This document shows, in pieces, positions 12,646-25,600 of a stretch of 64,000 nt of DNA (positions are counted from its first letter, which is position 1; the number at the start of each line of letters is the position of its first letter). The stretch comes from Tubiluchus corallicola (taxonomy: Eukaryota > Animalia > Priapulida), in the NCBI GenBank assembly GCA_030141605.1, contig JAQGDQ010000051.1:124001-188000 (forward strand), written 5' to 3'. The notes beneath the pieces are model-generated. The model had not been told where the DNA came from. It searched no databases and saw nothing but the letters and a program-made list of their open reading frames with translations. The position numbers were made by a program, and so were the translations under genes.

Positions 12646-14856
12646 AAGCTTGTATAATTTTATTGCCCTGGTGATGAATACGGTGTTTTGTAACTTCAAT
12701 TTGATGAAATTCAGGAAAAAATAAAGAGTTCCTGTAGGTCGCCTTACATTATTAGGCACTGTAACGCATTACCCCCACCCGCGAAGTGCGTTAGCGCAAT
12801 GTCTAGAGTGGGCGATGTTTTTTAATTAGTTTATGGAGTGCTGGTGCCTGGTAATAGGAAGCTGTGTGATCCAGCTCAAGTTTCTCGCTTGTCCTATATA
12901 TACTGTTGTATGATTACTGGCTCGATTCCAGAGCCCATCCTGGTTTCACTTTCGTGTTAGCGTTAGGTTGAAGCTTGCCCGTTAAAACGTCACTAATGCA
13001 TGACTTCTCAAACTCTATGGGTGTGAGCACAATCATAGCAATTCGCATTCTGAATTTAAGTTTACATTTTAGTTCTTAACTCATTAATTTACTTAGTGGA
13101 GTTTTATAGTAAGGCGTTGGTCAGTTTTTTTTGTATTTCTATCCCCATGTCAGTAATCAAAATATTTCTCAGTTGAAGCCTGTACAGAAGAGCACTAATC
13201 AATATTGAGGATTGGGACATTGACGTTGCTGCGATTTCAGTCGTTGAACATGGCTGTTTAACAAGTTGTGTGCTACTTTACAGCGATGCTGCTGTTTTAT
13301 TCTTCAGTCTTTATCGCATCGAAATTTCCACCCAGCACCATGTGGACTGTACAATATTAAACGTCTTTCTGTATAAGTGCCAAAATGACAGAAGTCAATA
13401 ATTGTATGAGAAACACCGGCCAAGGTGGCATTCAGCAGAGTATGAACGGTGGCAGCCTTAGAGAAAACTTGACTAGAACTGTGAGTAGCTATTATATGCG
13501 GTCTTATAGTTTCACACATATTGATTTTATAGGCAAATAGAGAGTATTTAAATTAATCTAATTAATTGAAAATGAAAGTCTTAATTTCTTGGTGTTTAGT
13601 TTCTGATAGTCGAGTCGTCACTTCAGAGTATATATAATAAGACTGAGGTTTCCTTATGAAATCTCTTCCTTCGCTTAATTTGACTTTGACTTGACTTAAT
13701 TTGACTTCCATCCATGGATAGAAGCATATTGGTGTAAACACATTAGTTGTAAACACATTTAAATAAATTAACAAATTATATACATGTTATGTGAATTGTT
13801 TATATCCTGGTTCTTGATCTTGTATTCAGAGAGTAGCTTTTTGTCATACAACTTCTCAATAACAGTAGTTCTTTTGTTCTACAGTTTAACTTATTACTTC
13901 TTATCTCAATATGGCCTTTCAGTCTGTTTTACGTTTTTTTTTATATTCAAATAGCCCCAGACAGGACTAGTGCCACTTAAAATAAAAGACTATATTCAGA
14001 AAGCAAACTACGAAAATAGATTTAGAATAGCATATTTCCTGCATCTAAATGATACAAGGTAACTTACTGATAAAAAATTAGTTGTTCAATGTTGATGTTC
14101 TTTTTGAAGCAACTGAGGTGGTAGTTAATAATTAATGGGGAGCAATTTTCTAGTAAACAATTCCACAATTAAGGGGTCCAAGAGAAAATATGATTTATAA
14201 ACAGCTATTTTGCATCTAGGAATGTATTATCCAGGGTTGGAATCGTGAGAAACTTCAGCAAAAAGAGTATAATATATTTCAAGCAAAATGTCAAAATTTG
14301 GGAACCAGTGATAATAAATTCCGAGAGCATTTTACATAAATGTAGCGACAATAGACTTTTATGTAGCAACACACCTTAATGAGCAACAAACTGAATGGTT
14401 GACCTCAAATCAGACCACAAGAAACTGGCAATAAGATTTTGCCATCTTCAAATGTACTTATTACCACAATACTCCATACAATGTCAGTTTTTTTTTCAGT
14501 AGTGGATATTTTCACACACATCCAGAAAAAATACAAGATTAGTTTTTTTACGTTAAAGCTGACAAGCTGGTCCTATTTCACAGTCGTTTCCAGATCACTT
14601 TCAATGAGATGTGGGGAAGCTAATCTTCAGAAAGAAAATGTTACAAGATTATTATTGGCGAAACAAGTTATTTAAACCAAACACTTAAGTTGTAATGTTA
14701 ATAAAGCTTTGAATTAATTTACTAAAATTTTCTGGTGGAGACAAACAAATGACTAGTGTTCAAATATATTGTATCATATACTAGTGTTCAAAGATATTGT
14801 GTTATATTCTATAACAAACATCATCAGTTTAGCACCTCGAGAAGTCGAGGGTGCTG

Positions 14857-15091
14857 CACTTCATGTGAGTCTAGGTTGTCAAACTTCATGTTAATCTAGG
14901 TGCCTCACTTCATGTGAGTTTAGGCTGCCTCACTTCATGTGAGTGTAGCCTGCCTCGCTTCATGTGAGTCTAGGTTGTCTCACTTCATGTGAGTGTAGCC
15001 TGCCTCGCTTCATGTGAGTCTAAGCTGCTGCACTTCATGTGAGTCTAGGCTGTCTCACTTCATGTGAGTTTAGGCTGCCCCACTTTATGTG
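14857..15091. repeat. 25-bp minisatellite (~9 copies)
   Basis: Unit cacttcatgtgagt(c/t/g)tag(g/c)ctgcct repeated head-to-tail. Confidence 0.9.
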
Positions 15092-15159
15092 CGCAATCAT
15101 AAGACACTCAAGGTCGTTAATGACCCAGCGAACATCCAGTTGAGTTATTGGTTGACGTG

Positions 15160-15313
15160 AGCATACCCGAGCATCTGCTCATCATATCCAAGCATCTACT
15201 CAACATATCCGAGCATGTACTCATCATATCCAAGCATCTTCTCAGTATATCCAAGCATGTACTCATCATATTCAAGCATCTTATCAGCATGTCCAAGCAT
15301 GTACTCATCATAT
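15160..15313. repeat. 21-bp minisatellite (~7 copies)
   Basis: Unit catatccaagcat(g/c)tactcat. It explains the periodic ORFs 15117-15374 and 15148-15471. Confidence 0.9.
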
Positions 15314-16434
15314 CTGTGACTTTTTTATGCATTTGTTTAAAGTATAAGATTTGTAGTGAACATCTGGTTTTCAACCCACGTATACTGCAGATTTACTTTC
15401 ATAAAATAAAGCAGTATCTGATTCTAGTTTTTATAACATTTATGCTGAAATTAGATATTGTCAAGTTTTAGCAAGTATAGTTGCTTGCAACCTGGTAATA
15501 TATTTGACACAACAAGGTGATTTGCTGATTTGTTTTTTAAAATCACTATAATCTCTATTCTCACACCCAGTAACAGAGATCAGCTTGTTTACTGTGTTTT
15601 TAAAAATGTCAAGTTTTGTCGACGTTAGAGATATTGACAGGGCTGGCTTGCAGCACTACTGATTGTTGTTGTTGTATCAGTTTTCCGTTAGCTTTAAATA
15701 CCTCTGCCTAAACAGCGAAGCTTATGCTTGCAACATTCTTGAAACGAAATTTCGAGTTTTTCTTAAGCTCAGGTTGTGCATCATATGCTTGATATACCTT
15801 GCATAATGTTTAGAACACACTTGGATATTGATGGGGTTAAATTTTGTAGTAAGTGTTAAAAAATTATTACAAAGAGAAATTCTCTTTTAGGTTCAACGTG
15901 TAGAGCTATGTAATAACTCTGCTAATAAATCTTATAAAATATCTTGTATTTGGATATTTAAAATCAGGGTTTTGTTAGTAACATTCACAGTGAACAAGTG
16001 CAAGCATCTCCTTTGAACTATGAAGTGATTTGTTGCCATGCCGCGTCACCATGCTGCTTTCAGTCTTTTCGGTTACATCAGAATAAGCTACCTTGAAGTG
16101 TATTGTGAGATAAACATTAAATACATTGCATTTCATGTAACTGCATGTAAATCACTTTCCTATTTATTGTTATTTAGCTTGTGGAGCCGCATCTTAGTAA
16201 TACATAAATTTGTTTTACCTCACCACAATTTTTTTACTTTTATGCAGATTGCAAAATTCAAATTTTTGCTCTCTGGAGGAGAAGAGGAACTTACTGTTTT
16301 GTGCAGTTATTCCTCACAGTTCACAAATGCAAGAAACCAAAGGGCCGATGATTGTAACCTATTATTTACGCTTTGAAATCTATTATTATGTAATAAATTT
16401 AATATAAACAAACAATTTGTTTTGTTCATTACAG

Positions 16435-16627
16435 TATATAACAGAGCATGACCTAGAAGATGGAGACCTTGAGCCAGATGAAGATGAAAGTGATACATCT
16501 GGCGATGAAAACAGAGAAAGAGGCAACTGGACTGGCAAATTGGACTTTATCTTGTCCTGCCTTAGTTACGCTGTGGGCCTTGGAAATGTGTGGCGGTTTC
16601 CTTATTTGTGCTACAGAAATGGCGGAG
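16435..16627 (+). CDS. SLC6 exon (N-terminal tail and TM1: YITEHD...YRNGGG)
   Basis: ttacag acceptor; gtatgt donor. Confidence 0.93.
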
Positions 16628-19600
16628 GTATGTCCTCAAGTCAGTCAGCTAATGAACCAATTATAAAATCATTTCAGAATCAAAAGTAAAGCTAATTTCA
16701 CACAGAAAGCCATGACAAGAATTAAGAAACACTGTTCATTGCTTCAAAAATTTCAGAAAACTTGCTCTTTTTTACAGTGGTAATGCACCCAGTAAATCCT
16801 TTCATCTAAAAACTACACCAATAGAAAATGTATAACATCTAAAGATGTAATATTTATCTATAATATACAATATCTATAGAGAAAATAAACGCATGTAGAA
16901 AAAATGTTTTCTAAAGTAGGAAAACAAGTATTTTGTCTTTAGCTACCATTCATTGGTAACTACGGATAATGAATTATTCGTAATGCAGTCAAATCTAGTT
17001 CTTTTTAACTATAGCTAGTGAAAGTAAACCCAACAACATTTGCTGTGTGATCAATAAAAAAGATTTCTTTAAACTTATTTGATTAGAACAGAACAGACTA
17101 GATTAGAACAGGCAGTTGAGAAATTTTTATTTTCAAGTGGTTAAATTATCAAAACGGAAAAAATGGCAGGCAAATAATAAGCGAATTCAAAACTTGTATT
17201 TTATGTTGCTGTTTTCAAATTTAAATATTAATGTAGGGTATCTTAACCAAAAGGAATATGCTTCCCTTTTAGCAGGCAAATATGCACACGTTTATGCCTC
17301 TGTGTGAAGCCTCTATTGAAAGCAATGTTTTAACAAGAACTGTGACAATTAATGAAAATTGATGTAGAGACATTACATTTAAGAAATTTTATGTCAATTA
17401 AATGCCGTACCAACATTAAATTTAAAGAGTTGCAAAGACGGCCGCTGAACCTCCATGTGAAATAAGACTTAGTGAAAATCATCACTAAATTCAAATGTAT
17501 TTTTATACGTCTATACGTCCTTTGTTATACCATTTATATTTCTTTCCTCGCTTTTATGAATACACTAAATACTCGAGCAACATTCTTAATTTTAGCATGA
17601 AAAGTTAACTTGCTTTGAATTGAAATTGGTTATTTTAAAGGTGTTTTCCTGATACCATATGCTACTATGCTGATTTTCACTGGACTTCCACTATTTTTTA
17701 TGGAATTGTCATTTGGTCAGTATGCCAGTCGTGGTCCTATTGAAGTATGGAAGGCTGTGCCTCTAATGAAAGGTGAGAAATTAACCTCTGTTTTGATTAA
17801 GTAATCCCTTGTAGAATGTTATCAGTGATCATAATTTCATTGAGCTTATTTCTTTTGTACAAGTCATATTTATCCTTGCATGAATATATTATAACTAAAG
17901 GTCATTTTTTGATGTTAATATCATTTTTTGATGAAATAAATGACTTTTATTTGGTAAAATTGCGGTTTCTGAGTTACAAAAGTTTCTTATAAAAGTGTAT
18001 TAGCTTGTAGGTTAAAATCAAAAAGTATCATTTATTCTACCTAAAGGGAGCAATTATTTTAACAAAAAAGTGTTTTAAGAACGTATAGATTATATTAGAT
18101 CAGTTTTAGTTCAACAGAAAGCCATAAAACGTATACTTAAACTACTAACAGTGTTTATAACAATGCCTGCAGACCGAAATTAATTAAGTTGTGGTGGTGG
18201 CTGTTGTTTTATATGCTATAAAGAGAAAATAAGCTCTTGACAAATTTCTGGTACCGGTTTTCCTGGTAATCAACTAGAAACTGATTAATTTCAGAGACAT
18301 TTGCTAAACTAACAAATATTTATATCCCACGTGTTATTTACCCACTGTACCTTAAAATGAGACTTGGCCAAAAAGCCAAAAGGCCAAACATAAATTTGTT
18401 AGGAATTGTGCAAATGTCTGTTTCGATAGCAGGTAGATATTTGCAAAAGATGATTCCTAAACTAGTAGGTCTGAAATTTTTTTTATTGATCTTACATTTA
18501 ACAAATGGGATGAGGAGAATAATGAATTCTTTGCGTATCACTTAACAATAGATGCCAGCGCGTAATCGTGGCTCGTGCATTAAATCTTAATTATTCTGGC
18601 TGATGACTACCAAAACAGTGTTTCATTTTGAGAAAAGCCGGTCACAGAACTTGTATGGGGTACACTCTTTTTATTTGCCTAACAATTGGTGATGTAAACT
18701 GCTGGTGTTGTCTGTAGTAAAGTATACATTTGCAAGTGATAGCAACTTCAGTTAAGTTTTTATGAAAAACAGTGTATAAAGCTTAATAAAGATCGTGTTT
18801 CAACACCCTAGTTACATTTGTAATGATAGTAATAAAAAAATGTGTAATTACATGTATTCCAATGTAGCGATAATTTCACTGGTAACTGTTTCAATTTATT
18901 ATATGCATCTGATACAGAAAAGTAATTCCAGCAGCTAAATGAGAAAATAAGTTTCACTGAGGTCTTGTATCTACATACTTAAAATACAGATTTTAATGCG
19001 TATTCCTGGGTACATTTCTGATTTTTACACAAGCTGTACTGCAAGTCTTGTCCACATAACATTGACAATGACAAGGTTACAATTACAGTTTATACGTCTT
19101 ATACTGCAATAACAATAAATATTTTAAATAAGGTTATTAGTGCGTCTATATAGAGTTTTTCTCGACGTAACTCGATTGATGGCGTTGCTTCTCTCACTTA
19201 CTCACACAAAACTCAAACTTCTTGCTATTATTTGATCGCAGTTGTCTGCAAATACCCAGTGATGATTTTTAAATACTAAAAGCACTTATAATCACCTTGT
19301 TTGCTTTTCACGCCTATAATTACAAACGTTCTATTGACTGTACTTATTTACTAAGCATACAGTATGTCTGATGATTTTTGTTTGTAGTTTAATTACGCTC
19401 ACTGGTTTATATCATGCCCACCCAAGAACACTGGTGTTAACATGAAGTGCCTTCTATTGAGTATAGAGACATTAAAATACGTGTATTGCAATACATGACG
19501 CCTCAGATAGAATTGTTGCAATATGTTAATTTAATTAAGACTGCGAATAGGCTGTAAAGCCTTTATCACTGCGCTAATAAAGTAAAGTATGTAATGTACA

Positions 19601-22600
19601 TTATAAACAAACTTCAGAAAGTAGCAGTCTGTGTTCGTAATAGGGATTTGGTTAAATCATATGTTGCTAGCAGCAGCTGTTTCTTCTTGGTGTCAGTTAC
19701 TGTAATCATTTTCACTGCTCTGTAACGTTTTTCTAATGCCAACCTTCCTTCTCGTGTCTTCTCTGCATCATTGTAATGGATTACCAACTAATGCCACGTC
19801 TGAAATGTTAGTGTATAAAGTCTTGTTTAACATGCTTTTAAATTGCCTTGTTTACATTGAACTAATTTAATTTAGCTGCCTGATACTGCTTTTTACGATT
19901 TTCTTGGCATGTAAACTGTGTCGAGGTTCGCATAGCGAACGTTTTTGGTGTGCTACAGATGTATGCATATCACCCTGTAAATTAACAACTTTGTGCGAGT
20001 TAATCCTTAACAGCATGTTTACAAATTGCAAACATACCACATAATAACAAACACATTGGTAGGCAATTTAATAAAGAATTAAAGAATTCACTGTAACAAT
20101 TTCAGTAACAACCTCTGAAGCTATGACAAATGATTATTTGATTACATTACAACTCTAGTGTTCAAGTTCTCAAGTTTTTGTTGTAGTCGTTCATAGATTG
20201 AGGCATTTTTAATATTATTTTTTTATCCAACATTTTAAATTGTACTTGGTAGTACAAATTTCATTAATATAGATACTAACGTTAACATTTTCTTAAGTAG
20301 TTCACACAATTTTTTTTATTTATTTCTAGTTTTTACAGATTTATGCTGGTACAATTTAGAATCCTGCTTTTTTCCACATTTCAAATGTTTTCAGTACGAC
20401 ATGTGATTAATTTAAAAAAAAAACGTGCATCATTGTAATTTCACACAGACTGCTCTAGACAGTGTTATTTAATTTTTGGGAATAGAGTTTGGTTTATTTT
20501 TTACTTTTGGTTTTTTATTAAACAGAGGTGATGCAAGGAAATGCAAAAAGCAGTTATACCCACTAAAACAGAATCTGTAATTATTTTCATGAAATTTTAC
20601 AGTTGCATTGTACTACAGAGTTTGTCTCAGAAACTAAGGTAAATTGAAATTGCTAATAAATATGCATACTCTTTTATTTTGTTAAGTTTTTCACACCAAA
20701 TAAATAAAAGATAATTCAACAATTAGCGAAATTTTTATAAATTTACTATAAAAGCTGTCAAGTTGTTTACATAGGTTGTATTTAAATAAACTGTAATAAA
20801 GCTTTTACTGCCAAAAACTAAGGAATAGTTGAAGTCTGTAAAATTAATACGTCAGTTTTTCTGTGAACAAAGCGACTGATATATATTTTCCCTCAGAGAG
20901 CTTTCCCAATTTTGCAGTAATGAAGTTGCCTAAATGACATCCTTTATTCTATTCCCGTAGTCTAAACTCCGTGTGTCAAATTTTACTGGAATTCCTAGTT
21001 TTCATCTCTGTTAGAGCTCTGACCATGCAGTTACCAGTAACTGTGTTCCTAGTTGTTTTAGCAAATGTGAAAGTGCCTTGAAAAAATATTATTATATTAA
21101 TGAGTCCTTAACCTTACACTGTTAACATTAATTTATACAACTAGAAATTACATTACATCTTTTAAAATATTTAACATAAATTAGTATGTGTATGTGCTTA
21201 AATTTATTTGCTGTGTGCAAAAAATGGAAATGAAAGTTTCCATTTGACTTAATTATTTTTTGTCAGAGATGTTTGTAAGACCAAAATTTGTAAGCATGTG
21301 TAATTTTCGGGACTAACAGCAATCTTTAATTGTATTTGATTTTCTTGTTTCTCTGTACATAGATCTAGACTTTTAACAATAGTTAAAATAAGATAGGATA
21401 AGACACTTTATTTATTACTGACTTGTATAATCAACACATTACACAAAATTTGATCATATTATTAAAAATTTAAAAATTCTCCTTTAAAATTGAAAATGTA
21501 ATGATTGTTTTTTATTTATTTTTTACAAATCTTTTTTAAAATCTTCACCTACTTAGTACTAATACATACAATTCTTTTGCTGTTCATTGGCTTGTAACTA
21601 TTCTGTTTTCATTATTTATCTAACTATTTAAAACGATTATCATAGTTGGAATTATTCTCCGTATTGGGAAACACTTTACTGAAGCTTTTTGTTTAATACC
21701 TGTATGTTTCAGGTGTTGGATATGGCATGTTCATTGTCTCATGTTTCATTGGTGTTTATTACAACATGATCATTGCCTGGGCAGTCTTCTACCTTTTTGC
21801 TTCCTTTACAAGTAAATTACCATGGGGTTCTTGTGAGAATCCATGGAACTCTTTAGGTAAGCAGGTGACTTGCATCATTGTGTTATTAGTTTTTTTGTGT
21901 TTGCAAATTACCCAAAACAAGAACCAGAAAAAAAAATTCAGTGTGAATGTTCAAAAACTAAGAATTCATATGACTAATTTCAGTAATTTGTTAGTGATTA
22001 GAGGTATTATAATTATATTATGAATACTTATTGCCATTCCGTGGTTTTCAAAAACCTAGAAAAATTTATTACAGTTCTCGTGTTTATCACATTGTTAATG
22101 TAGTTTTTAAAAAATGATCTCGTTGGAGAGTTAGGGACGGTCCTTGTTTGAATAATTGTCACCTCCTTTTTTGCAGGAAACTGTTTCTTTCTTAAACGTT
22201 TTTAATAAATATGTTTGATTTTCAGCTTGCAGCAGGTTTAGATCAGAAAACTGCACTCGTCACGATGGAATTATGTTGTCAAATGGTTCGTGTTATACGG
22301 AGTCTGATATTGGTACAGAGCTGTTCACTCAGTTGAACTTTTCCATGTATAACACTTCTAGTAAACCCAAGATGCCAAGTGATGAATATTTCCAGTACGT
22401 ACTCTTTTCATTATTCTTGCATGATTCAGTCATTGTGAATGATTACTAACATGCTTTGAAAATTTGTTGACGCATCCCGTAATGTGGAAGTTATTAAAAC
22501 AGCAATAATAAATTACGTGAGAATGAACTGGCTAATCTCATGTTATAGTTAGTATCATAAAGCAGTTCAGAGATATGTAAAAAGTTTAAATATTGCAGTA

Positions 22601-25600
22601 AGTACAGTTGTTGCAGTGTATTTTGTGTAAGATGAGGTCTTACTAGTTAGATAGTTTTGCTTTCAGTAGCTGGAGGTTTTATAGCATTAAATGCATGTAC
22701 GCTTGATTAGATGTGTGAATTTTGCATATATGTTTCATTTTTTACATATTTCGTTCTCTAAAGTTATTTGTTCATTTTGTAGTAAATTATGATACTACAG
22801 CTTTTCTTACTTGCACTAAGCTGTTTGAGTCAAGGATTGGTACTCTGCATGATTGTGGTTGTCTTTTTTTAGGGTCTACGTGTCAAACAACAATAATTTC
22901 TTAACAGGCCCAATTTTTTTCAACAAGCGGAATGTTTGTTGGCAGCTAGCGCCACCTTGTTGCAGTTCTCGTTACTGTGTTGCGAGCTCAGCAGTAACGT
23001 GGCATTCACGCTGTATCTCAGCTGTCCTGGTTAGAGTCTCTTGATCAGATTTACATTTTTCTCTATATCTAGTAACTTTGTGCTTGGCATCTCTGATGGT
23101 TTGGACTACATGGGTGGCCTACGTTGGCAGCTGGCCCTTTGTCTTCTATTTGCCTGGGCTCTGGTGGCGCTGTGCCTTTGGAAGGGCATTAAAACATCAG
23201 GCAAGGTACGTAAGTATACAAGCGCATGATGGTAGTTGGTTGTTACCATACATGCCCGGTGAGTAGCCCGTTGTTTGTTGGTTGTTGACTTGTACTGTAG
23301 GATAGACAGTAGTTAGAAACAGGAGATATTTGAAGTCATTTTACATTTTTTATATAAATAATGAAATAGCAGAAATGAGAAATGTGTAGGATCACATTGC
23401 TTCTGTTATACTACTGTCTTTCCTCACTGTGTACACTAATTGGTTTGGTTATGCAGGTCCGGCTTGCAAGGATCAACTTGTTGTACTGCTGATAATATCT
23501 TTATTTTAGAAACCTTTTTTGTGTGTTTTAGGCTGTATACTTTACCGCGACGTTTCCGTACATAGTTTTAACAGTGCTGCTTGTTCGTGGTCTAACTTTG
23601 CCTGGATCTTATAATGGTGTAGAATTCTACCTGAAGCCTGACTTTTCCAGACTTGCTTCTGCAAAAGTAAGTATTGCATGCAACATAAGCTCACACACAC
23701 ACGCACGCACACACGCACGCACGCACGCACAAACCACCCTGATTTTCAAACTCAGATTCTACATTCATGTCAATCATTTTACTTGCACAAATAATTTTAT
23801 CTACAAAATTTGTTAAACAATTTTGCACAACAGTAACAAATTTATTGTACTTGTTTTGCTTGAAACCTACTATATTTTTAACTTTAAACAGTCATAGACT
23901 ATCCAGCCTAAGTGTTGTATTATTTGTGCAGATATTATTAGTGACTAGCAAAGGCCCCGCAAAAGATTTTGCGTATAAATACACGTGTAATCAATAATAC
24001 GCGAACATCCTACACAGTCCTCATGTATAACACAAAGCCCGTAACATCCTGCCTACTTACCTCTAACGCAAAGCCAGCAGGCAGCTACTGTATGTCTGTT
24101 TATCTAACGCAGAGCAGCTTTTTGCTGAATTAAAGTTATAGAGTACAATAGATGACGTCAGCACAATGGAATGCGTTAGGATAGTTTTCTAAGCGAAAAT
24201 TGCCGAAAATGGAACCTCTAATTAACTCGCCAGTACTCCTCTTGGTGGACCTGCCCTAACATATAGCCCACATCATCGTGTAGCCCTGTCCTTCCTCTTT
24301 GTAAAGAGCGCCATATCTCCTTCCTAGAGTCCCACCGGGCGACGCTAGAACGTTTTTCCCGCATGCTGTTTGGTCAAAATTTCGAAAAAATCGCGAGTTG
24401 GGTCTGGGAAAACGCCCGTTGCGGGGCGCCCTGGCCCTCTCGGGAATTCTAAATATGCCTACTACACCTACCGCTGAACGGGCTATCTATCCATACCCAG
24501 TACCCCCCTCTTCCCGTTCCCGTTCTCTACATCTCAGCCGTATAACTTTTGCAAAAAACGCCCGAAAAAGGGCCATTTTTGGAGGTTTTTCGCCCCCCGT
24601 TCCTCCCGGTGGGCCCGATTCGAAAAATAAACCCCCAATGGCACGACACTAGCTGTAGCCTCGAATCTTATATATATATATACCAAGAATATTAATATAA
24701 GAGACTAGCCAAACCCCACAAAAAGAATTTTGTGCACAAATCAACACACAACCCACACCACACCACTCCACCTCATCACACCACACTGCACCACACCATA
24801 CCACTCCACCTCATTGCACCACACAATACCACCACACCGCACCGCACCACACCACCTACACACCACACCACCCACACAATACCACTCTACCACATCACAC
24901 CACACTGCACCACACCATACCACTGCAGCACCCACACACCACACCACCCACACCATAATACTCCATCACATCACACCGCACAGCACCACACCATAACACC
25001 ACACTGCACCACACCACCCACACCATACCACTCCACCACATCACACCACACCACACCACACCATACCACTGCAGCACACTGCACCACCCACCACACCACA
25101 CCACACCACCCACACCATACGACTCCACCACATCTCACACCAATCTGCACCACACCATACCATTGCACCACACCACATCGCACCACCCACACACCACACC
25201 ACACCACCCACACCATAATACTCCACCACATCACACCACACCATAACACCACGCTGCACCACAACACCCACCCACCCACACACCATGCCACCCACTCCAT
25301 ACCACACTACCCACACCACACCCCACACACCCTATCACCCCACCACACCATCCATAGCACAAAACACAAAGCACACCACCACCACACCACATCAAATCCA
25401 CCACCTCACGTGGTGATCATGATGTTGATGATGATGATGATGGTGGCAACGATGACGACACCTATAGCACAAGCACCAACAGCGCAGCATTACAACAAGA
25501 CCATTCCAAACATTTTTCACAAAGTTGAAACTATGTGCTATAATATAATAAATAGCAAAGGCCCCGCAAAAGATTTTGCGTAAAAAACCACGTATAAACA

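Noticed and set aside
14857-15471. 25-bp and 21-bp repeats as a CRISPR array or repeat protein
   Set aside because: Spacerless minisatellites; the ORFs only reflect unit periodicity.
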